Origin: an uncultured delta proteobacterium
GTDB taxonomy: Bacteria > Desulfobacterota > Binatia > UBA9968
Reading direction: 5' to 3'
NCBI GenBank assembly: GCA_963771465.1
Contig: CAVYTU010000013.1
Location: forward strand, 192,001 to 256,000
Length of the DNA stretch: 64,000 nucleotides
The notes under the pieces were generated by a model. That model was given only the letters and a program-made list of their open reading frames with translations. It was not told where the DNA came from and made no database searches. This document shows positions 36,454 through 45,455 of the stretch, piece by piece. The position numbers and the translations under genes were made by a program. Positions within the stretch are counted from its first letter, which is position 1. Every line of letters starts with the position of its first letter.

Positions 36454-39273
36454 ATGAAACGATTGCTCGGCTATGAGTACCTGCGCCAACGCTTCGACAC
36501 CCTATCGCTGCGCGCGCACCTGTTTGCGCTGGTGGTGCTGTCGGTGCTGCCGTTTCTGGTGTTTGCGTTCCTGGTGCTAAATCTTTTCGCGAGCCGAGAA
36601 AAAGCGTCGCTGGCTACCGGCTTGCGCGAAACGACCCGGGCGCTGTCCTCCGCTTTGGATCGCGAGTTCGAAGCGACCAAAACGGCCCTCGAGGCGGTGG
36701 GGACTCTGGAGGACTTCGATAGCGGCGACCTCGCCCCAGTCTATCGTAAACTGCGGCGCGTCTTGGAGAGCCGTCCCAATTGGCGAACCATTGTGCTTCA
36801 CGACCCGTCTGGGCGCCCGGTTTTGGATGTGCTCAATCGATTCGGTGAACCGCTGTCCGAGGCCGACATCGACCAGGAAAGTTTCCGGGCGACCCTAACC
36901 CGTAAGCAGCCCATGCCGATCAATTTTCATCGCGATCCGGCTGCCGGCCCGATGGTTGGATATCGTGTGCCGGTGCTGCGCGCCGGTGAATTGCGCTACG
37001 TGCTCTCGGCGGAGATTGCCCCGGCGGTGTTCGGTGAAATTCTCTCCCGCCAGAAATTGCCGCCCCAGGCCTTGGCTACAATTGTCGATGGACGCAATAT
37101 TATCGTCGCCGTTAGCGCGCGCCCGCAACTGGTCGGTCAAATCGCGGGACCTCTGGTACGCCGCGCTGCGCCGGGTGAGCTCGATGGCTGGTTCGAAGGG
37201 CTTGACCGAGAAGGGGTCGAATCCTTCGCGGCATTTAGCCGTTCACCGACCAATGGCTGGGCGGTGTCGCTGACGATTCCCGCCGCACAACTCGAGGCGC
37301 CGCTAAGGCGTTCACTGTGGGCATTGGTAGGCGCGGGGGTGATCTTTCTGGTCGTCGGTATCTTGCTGGCGGTGATCGTCGAAGCGCGCATCACCGAACC
37401 GCTCGATCAATTGACGCGCCAAACCGGTGCCCTCGGTCGGGGCGAGGCGGTGGTCATGAGCGGCCATTCTCGGGTGACCGAAGTGGAGAACCTCAGGCGC
37501 GATATCGGTCGCACGGCCGGGTTGCTTGAGCAGCGCGGCCAGGAGCGCGACAGCGCGGCAGTGGCGCTGCGCGATTTGAACGATCGCTTGGAGCTGCGCA
37601 TCCTGGAGCGTACCGAAGAGTTAGAAGACACCAACAGCGCACTCAGGAAAGAAATCCGCGAGCGCCAACTGGCCGAAGCCGCGCTGCGCACGGAGCATGT
37701 ATTTTTAAATCTACTGCGAAGCACCGAGCTGGTTATCCATGAGGCGGCGAGTATAGAGGGCGCCTTGAACGCAGCCCTCGAGCAAATCTGCCGCCATCTG
37801 AGATCGCCGGTTGGCTACTGTTTGATACCGGCTGCGGCCAAGCAGGACCGAGGCACTTTTCTCTGGTATGTCGAGCCAGACCGGGAGCGCTTCGCCGCCC
37901 TGCAATTTGCCCTTGAGTGCGCCGGTGCCGACGGTAACGACCTGGCCTCGCTGGCGTTGTCGAGCCGCAAACTAAACTGCTTCAACGACTTGGCTGCGCA
38001 ACCTGAGCAGTGGGCGCACGCGGCGAGCGATGCGGGTCTGGTATCGGCCTGTGTTTTTGCCGTGATCTGTGGCGGTGAGCCGACCGCCGCCCTGGCGTTT
38101 TTTTTCGAGCGCGCCATCGAATTAGATCAACGGCTCTCGACGCTATTAGCGCAGCTGGCGATGCAACTGGGCCGGGCCGTCGAGCGTCAGCAGGCCGATG
38201 AGGCACTGCGACTGAGCGAAGAGCGCTTTCGTTCGGCCTTTGACGAAGGACCCATCGGCATCGGCATGGTCGATCTCGAAATGCGCTATTTGCGCGTCAA
38301 CGAAGCGCTCTGCGGCATGCTCGGGTTGCCGAGCGAAGAGTTGTTGGGGCAAAAGTTTTTCGCCAGCGTCCATCCCAGGGATGTGAGTGATATTCGGCGC
38401 CAGGCCGAACGATTGTTGCGCGGTGAGACGACTGGCTATCGCCACGAAACCCGGCTGATCGGCTCTAACGGCGAAATCCTTTGGTGCTGCATCACCGCCA
38501 CTCTGATCGCCACACGCGACCCCACGCCCAATTATGCCCTCTACCTGATCGAAAATATCACCGAGCGTAAACGCATGGAGGAAAAATTGCGCGAAAGCGA
38601 ACGGCTCGCAGCGGTCGGCGCCACCTCGGCCATGTTCGCCCATGAAGTGGGAAATCCACTCAACGGCATTTCCACCACCGTGCAGATGATCGAGCGCGAT
38701 CTGTCGCGCGCGCAAAACGGGATTAACCCCCTGGTGTTCTCGGCCCTGGGCGATATCAAGAGTGAGATTACCCGTTTGGGCGCGCTACTCCATGAATTTC
38801 GCTACCTAGCACGGCCGCAACGATTGGAACAACATCCGGTCCGCCTGGAGAATTTAATTAAGTCTGTGTTAGTGCCGAATGCCTATAGCGAAAAGGGGGT
38901 GGAGCTCAAAATCGCGATTCCCGCCGATCTGCCGGCCATCAGCGTTGACGAAGAGAAGCTCAAGCAAGTGGTGACCAATCTTGCCGACAATGCTGTCGAC
39001 GCCATGCCCGAGGGCGGCACGCTGACAGTGCGCGCTTACCGTAGCCGGGATGAACTTTGCCTCGAGCTTGCGGATACCGGTATCGGCATCGCGCCGGGCG
39101 TGAATATTTTCGAGCTCTTTACCACGACCAAGTCCCACGGTACGGGGCTCGGCCTAGCCGTGGTCCGCCAAATCGTATCCGCCCATGGCGGCCGGGTCGA
39201 TTATCGCAGCGTGCCCGGCACCGGTACGACCTTTACCGTGACGCTGCCGCTCAATGAAGAAATTTCAAATTAA
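36454..39273 (+). CDS. Membrane Cache-HAMP-GAF-PAS-HisKA-HATPase sensor kinase
   Basis: Two TM segments around a periplasmic domain; FAHEVGNPLN, NLADNAVDA, GTGLGL (NtrB-like kinase core). Confidence 0.9.
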   Translation: MKRLLGYEYLRQRFDTLSLRAHLFALVVLSVLPFLVFAFLVLNLFASREKASLATGLRETTRALSSALDREFEATKTALEAVGTLEDFDSGDLAPVYRKLRRVLESRPNWRTIVLHDPSGRPVLDVLNRFGEPLSEADIDQESFRATLTRKQPMPINFHRDPAAGPMVGYRVPVLRAGELRYVLSAEIAPAVFGEILSRQKLPPQALATIVDGRNIIVAVSARPQLVGQIAGPLVRRAAPGELDGWFEGLDREGVESFAAFSRSPTNGWAVSLTIPAAQLEAPLRRSLWALVGAGVIFLVVGILLAVIVEARITEPLDQLTRQTGALGRGEAVVMSGHSRVTEVENLRRDIGRTAGLLEQRGQERDSAAVALRDLNDRLELRILERTEELEDTNSALRKEIRERQLAEAALRTEHVFLNLLRSTELVIHEAASIEGALNAALEQICRHLRSPVGYCLIPAAAKQDRGTFLWYVEPDRERFAALQFALECAGADGNDLASLALSSRKLNCFNDLAAQPEQWAHAASDAGLVSACVFAVICGGEPTAALAFFFERAIELDQRLSTLLAQLAMQLGRAVERQQADEALRLSEERFRSAFDEGPIGIGMVDLEMRYLRVNEALCGMLGLPSEELLGQKFFASVHPRDVSDIRRQAERLLRGETTGYRHETRLIGSNGEILWCCITATLIATRDPTPNYALYLIENITERKRMEEKLRESERLAAVGATSAMFAHEVGNPLNGISTTVQMIERDLSRAQNGINPLVFSALGDIKSEITRLGALLHEFRYLARPQRLEQHPVRLENLIKSVLVPNAYSEKGVELKIAIPADLPAISVDEEKLKQVVTNLADNAVDAMPEGGTLTVRAYRSRDELCLELADTGIGIAPGVNIFELFTTTKSHGTGLGLAVVRQIVSAHGGRVDYRSVPGTGTTFTVTLPLNEEISN

Positions 39274-39495
39274 ACATTCAGACCGATAAATTCGCCGGCT
39301 CTGGGGGCGCGATGTTTTAATTTTTACCTTTAAAGTTTTGATTTTTCTTATCGATCATCACCCGCCGCCCGCGCATGGAGCCGCCGCTGCTTCGTGGCCG
39401 CCTCTTTTTCTTAGATTGCTGGCGTTTCTTGCGCATGGGTCACCTTCGCTTGCAGCTCTGCCGCGTGTGGTAAATCGCTGTCGGTGCCATTACAA

Positions 39496-39642
39496 CTAGA
39501 CTCTCGGCTGGACTTTATCACCCTGGCAAGTTTCTTCATGCTTGCGCAGGTCCGCTTCAGTTTCAAACACCGCGCCGCAGAAATCACACTCGAATTTGGA
39601 AATTTCACCAGGCTCCGGGGGGTTGGATCGATCGGTATTCAT
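39496..39642 (-). CDS. Single zinc-finger (C2HC) microprotein (48 aa, not in ORF track)
   Basis: GGAGGTGA RBS; MNTDRSNPPEPGEISKFECDFCGAVFETEADLRKHEETCQGDKVQPRV* matches F-x-C-x2-C-x3-F-x5-L-x2-H-x3-C. Confidence 0.8.
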   Translation of the reverse strand: MNTDRSNPPEPGEISKFECDFCGAVFETEADLRKHEETCQGDKVQPRV

Positions 39643-39712
39643 CTTATCTCACCTCCGCGCTTCGTTTAGCGGCAAGGGTTGTAACTTGGCATTGCCCGCT
39701 TAAATCTTCCAT

Positions 39713-39874
39713 CTAGGTCCGGTCAGACGACCGCCCTTCGGAACGCTTTGCCAGCTCCGAGAACCGACCGTTCGGTGTTTTGAGAAGCATCGCTCGCAAC
39801 GGCGATGCGAACGTCGTTGTTGCCGTCACTAACCCAATAATCAGTAGCGCACCGAGAACGATCTGCCGGCGCAT
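39713..39874 (-). CDS. Small putative exported peptide (53 aa)
   Basis: GGAGG RBS; MRRQIVLGALLIIGLVTATTTFA signal peptide; directly downstream of a sigma54 motif. Confidence 0.55.
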   Translation of the reverse strand: MRRQIVLGALLIIGLVTATTTFASPLRAMLLKTPNGRFSELAKRSEGRSSDRT

Positions 39875-39905
39875 TCGCCACCCCTCCCGCACCTTCAACT
39901 TTTGG

Positions 39906-39920
39906 GCAAAGTTTGTGCCG
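39906..39920 (-). promoter_or_regulatory. sigma54 -24/-12 promoter
   Basis: Minus strand CGGCAC-AAACT-TTGC. Confidence 0.75.
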
Positions 39921-39981
39921 TCGATTTCTGAGTTAAGCAGCTGTGAATATGTGCCGATTCCGGCACACAACCGGCTCGCCG

Positions 39982-39999
39982 GGTCGCAAAGTTGGGACA
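39982..39999. promoter_or_regulatory. Palindromic putative activator site between divergent sigma54 promoters
   Basis: GGTCGCA-AAGT-TGGGACA; adjacent perfect inverted repeat TGTGCCG-ATTC-CGGCACA at 39950-39967. Confidence 0.5.
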
Positions 40000-40102
40000 G
40001 CTCTCGCGTTTATTTTTTCGCTTGACCTGATTTTAGTTCTTCTTATTCAAGGAGAAAGTCCTACTGCGCGCTTAGGAGCAGCATCGGAACTGTGACAGGC
40101 AC

Positions 40103-40117
40103 TGGCTTCGGTTTTGC
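40103..40117 (+). promoter_or_regulatory. sigma54 -24/-12 promoter (relaxed match)
   Basis: TGGCTT-CGGTT-TTGC, 40 bp before ATG 40158. Confidence 0.65.
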
Positions 40118-40157
40118 GTTAAAACCGGACAAATTTTCTTATTTATCAGGAGTGGTC

Positions 40158-41168
40158 ATGACTGAGAAAAACAGCCGCTGGGGTATTGTGCTCGCGGGGG
40201 GTGAAGGAAATCGGGTGCGGGACTTTCTCTCGGCACTGTGCGGCGGGCGAGGCATCAAACAATATTGCTCGGTCTTAGGCAGGCGCTCTTTGCTGCAAAT
40301 GACCGTGGATCGCGTCCAGCAGCTGATTCCACGTGAGCGCATTCTTATCATTGTCGACAAACGCCACCGGCCGGAAGCAACCGCGCAGCTCGCCGGCTGG
40401 CCGGAGGAGAACATCATCTATCAACCCGCTAATCGCGAGACCGCCCCCGGCATCCTGCTGCCGCTGGCACACGTGAGCCATCGCTGCCCGGACGCGACGG
40501 TGGCGGTTTTTCCGTCCGACCATTTTATCGCCAACGAGCGCGGCTTTATGACCCATGTGGCGAAGGCTTTCGAGGAAACCGAAGTGTTTCCGCAAAGTGC
40601 GATTTTGCTGGGTATGACGCCGGATCGCGTTGAAGATGGCTATGGCTGGATTAGCAGCCGGGAAGAGCGCGCCGGTAAAGCCAGCCGAGCGGTGCGCGGC
40701 TTTTGGGAAAAACCTGCACTGCCCCATGCTGAAGAGTTGATGCAGCAGGGCGCTCTGTGGAACACTTTTGTGTTTGCCGCTCGCGCGTCAGCAATGTGGG
40801 AGATGACGCGCCAAACCGTGCCGAATCTTTACGGACTATTCACCGGCGTGCGAGCGATGCTGGGTACGACGCATGCGCAGAAATATATCGACCAAACCTA
40901 TGAGCGCCTGTGCGCGGTCAACTTCAGCTCGGCGATTCTCGCCCGCTGCGCGGCTCGCCTTCGAGTCCTACCGGTGCCGGACATTGGCTGGAGCGACTGG
41001 GGTAGCGCCGACAGAATCCTCGACTCGGCGATGCGCATGGGACGTGTGGGCGAGCTAGCCGCTCGTCTGGAGAATCAATACGTCGACGACCCGTCGATCA
41101 TAAATCTGCTGTCGCGTTACCAATCGTCTTCGAAGCAGGTGGCCTACGAAAATTCGGCTATAGCATAA
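40158..41168 (+). CDS. Mannose-1-phosphate guanylyltransferase-like sugar-phosphate nucleotidyltransferase (no cupin domain)
   Basis: IVLAGGEG.R, KQY, QPANRETAP, FPSDH, YGWI, FWEKP, WSDWGS. Confidence 0.85.
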   Translation: MTEKNSRWGIVLAGGEGNRVRDFLSALCGGRGIKQYCSVLGRRSLLQMTVDRVQQLIPRERILIIVDKRHRPEATAQLAGWPEENIIYQPANRETAPGILLPLAHVSHRCPDATVAVFPSDHFIANERGFMTHVAKAFEETEVFPQSAILLGMTPDRVEDGYGWISSREERAGKASRAVRGFWEKPALPHAEELMQQGALWNTFVFAARASAMWEMTRQTVPNLYGLFTGVRAMLGTTHAQKYIDQTYERLCAVNFSSAILARCAARLRVLPVPDIGWSDWGSADRILDSAMRMGRVGELAARLENQYVDDPSIINLLSRYQSSSKQVAYENSAIA

Positions 41169-41260
41169 CTACGTGGCGGCGAGATTAACCCGCCGCCAAG
41201 TGTCTCTTGATCCCTCAAGAGACCGAGCGAAATACAATATAAAGCTTACAGCCGGAAACT

Positions 41261-41920
41261 TTACTGCCTCAGTGCGGCGATACGGTCTTCGGTGGCGGGA
41301 TGGCTTGATAAGAAACCGCCGCCTCCTCTGCCGGCTTCTTGGCTGAGAAGCCACTTGAGAGTTCGTTCCATGGTTTGGGGCGGATAACCGGCGCGTTGTA
41401 ACAGTTCCATGGCGTGGCGATCGGCGGCGAATTCCTCTTGACGGCCGTACCCCCTGGCGATCAGAGTGCCGGCAATGGGTGTGACCGCACTGCTGCCGGG
41501 AAACAGCTGTTCCAGCAACACTACGCCAATATTCAAGCCAGCGCCGAGCACCTGCGCTCTGGCGACATGGCCGAGATCGTCATGGGCGATTTCATGGGCT
41601 AGCACGCCGCGCAATTGCTCGTCACTGGCTCTTTGTAACAAACCGGTCGTAACGTAAAATTCGCCTCCGCCGGCATTAGCCGCGTTGATACTCGGATCGT
41701 CGATTAAGCCGATGCGTACCTGGCTCGCCGAGCCGCGCTTATTTGTCGCCTGCAAGAGCGGCAACATGGTGCGCTTGAGGCGTTCGGCCTGGCGCCCATC
41801 GAAGGGCACCGTGCGGACGCTAGACTGCGCCGCGGGTTCGCTGTCTCCCGAACTCGTGACAAACTCAACGCATCCACTCAGCAGTAAGAGCGCTAGCACG
41901 ATCCGAATCGGTCTTCTCAT
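41261..41920 (-). CDS. M48 family metallopeptidase lipoprotein
   Basis: LLLSGC lipobox; INAANAGGG, LAHEIAH, EFAAD, SSHPA. Confidence 0.85.
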   Translation of the reverse strand: MRRPIRIVLALLLLSGCVEFVTSSGDSEPAAQSSVRTVPFDGRQAERLKRTMLPLLQATNKRGSASQVRIGLIDDPSINAANAGGGEFYVTTGLLQRASDEQLRGVLAHEIAHDDLGHVARAQVLGAGLNIGVVLLEQLFPGSSAVTPIAGTLIARGYGRQEEFAADRHAMELLQRAGYPPQTMERTLKWLLSQEAGRGGGGFLSSHPATEDRIAALRQ

Positions 41921-41967
41921 GATAAATTCCGACTTCATTTTCTGACCGTTAGCGGTTGTTCTTTGTT

Positions 41968-42366
41968 TCACTGCGGCAGCGCCACGTTCGCCATCGAGAC
42001 GAGACGGCAGTTTTTCCAATGTTGCAGCGCGCAGCGCAATGAATTGGCTTCGATGGCGAGATGCTGGCAAACGTTTTCGAAGGAAAATGGAGAGTCATCA
42101 TCCCTTTGCAATATCCACTCTTCGGCAGCGAAAAAGAGCTTCATGCCGGCGCGGCTGCGAGCAGCAAAATGATGTTGAAAGCAGTAGACCGCGTCATTCA
42201 AGAGCGCGAACAGAAGTTTTTCTTCTGGTTCGTCGTAGGTCTTGCGGTGACTAAAGTCGAGATAAGTGAGCGGCGCCAGAGTGTCGTCGATAAACAGCGG
42301 CAGTAAAGGTATGAGTTTGTCGCTCCATGCAGCCGATTCTAACGATGAAATGTCCGTGTTTGCCAT
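41968..42366 (-). CDS. Hypothetical protein (paralog of 33768-34124)
   Basis: GGAGGT RBS; PEEKLLFALLNDAVYCFQ...AEEWI...PFSFENVCQHLAIEANSLR. Confidence 0.8.
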   Translation of the reverse strand: MANTDISSLESAAWSDKLIPLLPLFIDDTLAPLTYLDFSHRKTYDEPEEKLLFALLNDAVYCFQHHFAARSRAGMKLFFAAEEWILQRDDDSPFSFENVCQHLAIEANSLRCALQHWKNCRLVSMANVALPQ

Positions 42367-42419
42367 ACCTCCGCCCTTTCTCATTACTTGTCGGGTGGTG
42401 GACCGATGGACGCAGAGTG

Positions 42420-42435
42420 AGCAAACAGAATGCCA
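42420..42435 (-). promoter_or_regulatory. sigma54 -24/-12 promoter
   Basis: Minus strand TGGCAT-TCTGT-TTGCT. Confidence 0.8.
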
Positions 42436-42597
42436 CCAAGGCAAATAAGCAATCAAAGAAACTTTATCAATGACGCCGGCTGCGCTCGGCTCCGCAATGT
42501 CCCACAATCGAGATCGTGGTCTCTAATCAATTGCGAAATTGGGACGTTGTCCAAAAATAAAGCGGTGAATCACCCTACACAGTCGTAAATTTCGTGA

Positions 42598-42613
42598 TGG
42601 TCCGCGGTTTGCT
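42598..42613 (+). promoter_or_regulatory. sigma54 -24/-12 promoter (relaxed match)
   Basis: TGGTCC-GCGGT-TTGCT. Confidence 0.6.
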
Positions 42614-42784
42614 GCATTATTTGTTATTCTCTCCAAACCAAAACACCAAGGTCGAATATAGTTGATGCAGGCTCCTATTCGTGGGAGCAGCATTGCATTC
42701 ACTGAATTCCATTAGCAAAGTGAGCCCTCGGCTTTCAAGCCGTTTGTGGTCAAGGGTTGAACGATAACACAGAGGAAATTCCAC

Positions 42785-43114
42785 ATGGAACGAAGAACAG
42801 TACGCAAGCCGACTGAGACTGTCAAAAAAAAATCTCCCAAGGCAGCGTCAAAATTAAAGGCAGTACCGCTGGCCTATTTCGCGCCGGAAGCGAATACGGT
42901 GGCGGCAGCCGGGGATTTCAATAATTGGGATGTTCAAGCGAACATGCTCGAAAGAAATGGTGACGGTTGGTGGAAGACCGATCTCAAGCTCACCCCGGGA
43001 CGTTATCTTTACCGCTTTGTGATCAATGGCGAACAGTGGAGTGAAGATCCGGAGAACCCGAATAAAGTTCCTAATGAATTCGCCTCGTACAATTCCATCC
43101 TGGAGGTCCCGTAG
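42785..43114 (+). CDS. Stand-alone glycogen-binding (CBM48/AMPK-beta-like) domain protein
   Basis: APEANTVAAAGDFNNW...GWWKTDLKLTPGRYLYRFVINGEQWSEDPENP...NSIL. Confidence 0.9.
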   Translation: MERRTVRKPTETVKKKSPKAASKLKAVPLAYFAPEANTVAAAGDFNNWDVQANMLERNGDGWWKTDLKLTPGRYLYRFVINGEQWSEDPENPNKVPNEFASYNSILEVP

Positions 43115-43256
43115 CAGCGCTGCGAGATCGTCAACGCCAGCATGCCGCTAGTTCGCAAATGGCGCCTGTCTCGATAGCAAAACAGCCGGCTCTGAGAAAA
43201 ATCCTATTATTGGCACTTTTACCGAAGCGGACGTCGCTGATTGAATAAGTTAGCTG

Positions 43257-43272
43257 CGGCACATTGTTTGCT
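43257..43272 (+). promoter_or_regulatory. sigma54 -24/-12 promoter
   Basis: CGGCAC-ATTGT-TTGCT; TGTCTCG-ATAG-CAAAACA upstream at 43167-43184. Confidence 0.7.
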
Positions 43273-43284
43273 GAATTTAGCTGT

Positions 43285-43476
43285 ATGAGATTTGTATGTC
43301 GCCATTGTGAAGAACTTTGCTACGGCGAGGCGTTCCGGGTGACCAGCGTCGACAACGATATAGTTTTGCTCGACATGATCGTCTGTCAACACTGTGCGCT
43401 GGTGGCGCGCGGCTTAGAATTGCCAACGCAGAAAATCGACTTGCCATCTGGAAACGACGCGCAAGTCAATTTTTAA
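43285..43476 (+). CDS. Small CxxC...CxxC zinc-ribbon-like protein
   Basis: MRFVCRHCEELCYGEAFRVTS...LDMIVCQHCALVAR. Confidence 0.65.
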   Translation: MRFVCRHCEELCYGEAFRVTSVDNDIVLLDMIVCQHCALVARGLELPTQKIDLPSGNDAQVNF

Positions 43477-43764
43477 AGCGTCGCCAAAATTCATTCCCCA
43501 GTAGCACTCGCCGGAGTTCGTAGGGTGGTCGCACGGCTGCCTTCCTCCCGGCGCAGCGAATAACCGCGAAAACGCTGACGGTTTTTATTTGCCTACTAGT
43601 ATTCGAACCACTCCTTAGTTGTGCTCTAGAAGCCCAACGCTCCGAGGGGATTTTCCCAGATAATTTTACCCACTCTCGTAGGGAAAATTCCTGCAAGAAG
43701 GGACTGGAGCGATCTACGCGCAAAAAAATTGCCGTAAAATTGCTAGCGATCCGGCGTAACCACC

Positions 43765-43779
43765 TGGCACGTCCTTTGC
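43765..43779 (+). promoter_or_regulatory. sigma54 -24/-12 promoter
   Basis: TGGCAC-GTCCT-TTGC, 48 bp before ATG 43828. Confidence 0.8.
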
Positions 43780-43827
43780 CCTTGTGACATTCGCGATGAA
43801 AAGCTGCGACTGCGATGGAGGTGACAG

Positions 43828-44163
43828 ATGAAAGATCGATGCGCGATAGGTGTACGGATTTCCTTGCTACCGCAACATTGGTTGCGGCCCTATGAAATTG
43901 GCGTCGTGATTGACCAACAACCGCGAGCATTAAAGAAATGGCTGGTGCAGTTCGAGAATTCCTATCCCGGCGGGGGTATCGACGGAGACAAAATGTGGTG
44001 TGATGAAAGCGATTTTGCCGAAGTGATTCGTCCTCGTAGTGAAGCCACGCGGACCGCGCACATACCGGGGACGTTTCCCCTCGCCGATGCACCGAAGTTT
44101 TCGGGCATAGAAAACGGGGCCGGAGACAGATCGAACGGCAACGGTAGCGTTGTGTTGAGCTGA
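43828..44163 (+). CDS. Hypothetical protein (beta-rich, possibly SH3-like N-terminal half)
   Basis: GGAGGTGA RBS; IGVRISL...IGVVID...WLVQF...MWCDESDF. Confidence 0.65.
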   Translation: MKDRCAIGVRISLLPQHWLRPYEIGVVIDQQPRALKKWLVQFENSYPGGGIDGDKMWCDESDFAEVIRPRSEATRTAHIPGTFPLADAPKFSGIENGAGDRSNGNGSVVLS

Positions 44164-44348
44164 GTGCGGCGCGGAATACGCCTCCCGAGGAGCAGTGACG
44201 CGGTGATGAATTCACCGAGTATTGCGGTCATGCTCGGGACAGCTCGATACGCGTCGAACTGCGCAAATGCGGAGGAACGCGGCTAGGCATCGCGCGCAAT
44301 CGCGATGAGATCGAGCACCACTGGCGCTAGCTTAAAATTCTCGTAATC

Positions 44349-44789
44349 ATGCGACCGACAAAATCAACCTCGTGGTTTACTCGCTTCGCGAAAACGACGT
44401 CTCGACTCGTCGGTCGCCCGGCCGCGTTTATCTCGGCAGCGGGACTCGTTGTGGTGTGGGGTTTGACCGGTCCGATGTTCGGCTATAGCGAAGGCTGGCA
44501 ACTGGTGATCAATACCGGCACGACGATCGTTACGTTTCTGATGGTGTTCTTGATTCAGAATACTCAGAACCGCGACTCAGAGGCGATTCAGATCAAACTG
44601 GATGAATTAATTCGGGTCAGCAAGGGGGCGCAAAATGCCCTGCTGAACTTAGAAGAGCTCGAGGAAGAGGAACTGGATTCCATTCGTGAAAAATACGTCG
44701 AGGTGGCGGAGAATGCGCGCGCCGATTTGCGCTCTCAGCGAGGTCAAACAGCGAGCCCGGATGGCCAGCGGAGAAGGCGCGTTCGATAA
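44349..44789 (+). CDS. Low-affinity iron permease (Fet4-like) family protein
   Basis: WQLVINTGTTIVTFLMVFLIQNTQNRD...KLDELI signature. Confidence 0.9.
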   Translation: MRPTKSTSWFTRFAKTTSRLVGRPAAFISAAGLVVVWGLTGPMFGYSEGWQLVINTGTTIVTFLMVFLIQNTQNRDSEAIQIKLDELIRVSKGAQNALLNLEELEEEELDSIREKYVEVAENARADLRSQRGQTASPDGQRRRRVR

Positions 44790-44792
44790 AAA

Positions 44793-45440
44793 ATGAGGAC
44801 GGCAGCTATGTCAATCGTGGTTTTCAGCTTGGCGCAGGCCGTGGCGCCGCAAGTGGGGTCGCGCTCCAAAGAGAGCGAGCCGCCAGCGACCGCTAAAAAA
44901 CAGGTCGATGCCGAGACCGCGCAACGGCTTTATCGAATTGCCACGCCACTGCTGCGCGCGATGGAGCATTCGCTCAAGCCGCAACAAGTTAGCGTCGGCG
45001 TTATTGCCGATGCCGCCATCAACATCGCCAACGGCGGCGGCGGCAAATTGTTTGTCACCACCGGTTTATTGGAGCGGGCGAATGACGACCAGTTGCGCGG
45101 GCTGATGGTACACGAAATCGCCCACGAGGATCTCGGCCATGTAACCAAGCTCAAGATATCGGCAACAGGCGCTAACATGGTCTTGCTCGAACATTTGGCG
45201 GCGAAGCACACGGCGCTGACATTAATTGACGGGCCGATGATCACTGCAAGCTTCAGTGTGTCCGAGGAACTCGCGGCCGATCGCCAAAGTGTCGCGATCC
45301 TGGAGCGCGCAGGGTATCCCAAATCAGTTGTCACCGAAGCGCTGACCTGGATCTCGAAAATTTCGCCAAGCCACGGCGGGTTTATTTCTACTCATCCCAA
45401 TATCAGCGAGCGCATCAAAAACCTGAAGGCGTCGCCCTAG
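44793..45440 (+). CDS. M48 family metallopeptidase
   Basis: INIANGGGG, VHEIAH, ELAAD, STHPN; close paralog of 41261-41920. Confidence 0.85.
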   Translation: MRTAAMSIVVFSLAQAVAPQVGSRSKESEPPATAKKQVDAETAQRLYRIATPLLRAMEHSLKPQQVSVGVIADAAINIANGGGGKLFVTTGLLERANDDQLRGLMVHEIAHEDLGHVTKLKISATGANMVLLEHLAAKHTALTLIDGPMITASFSVSEELAADRQSVAILERAGYPKSVVTEALTWISKISPSHGGFISTHPNISERIKNLKASP

Positions 45441-45455
45441 CGGGTACAGACAGTT

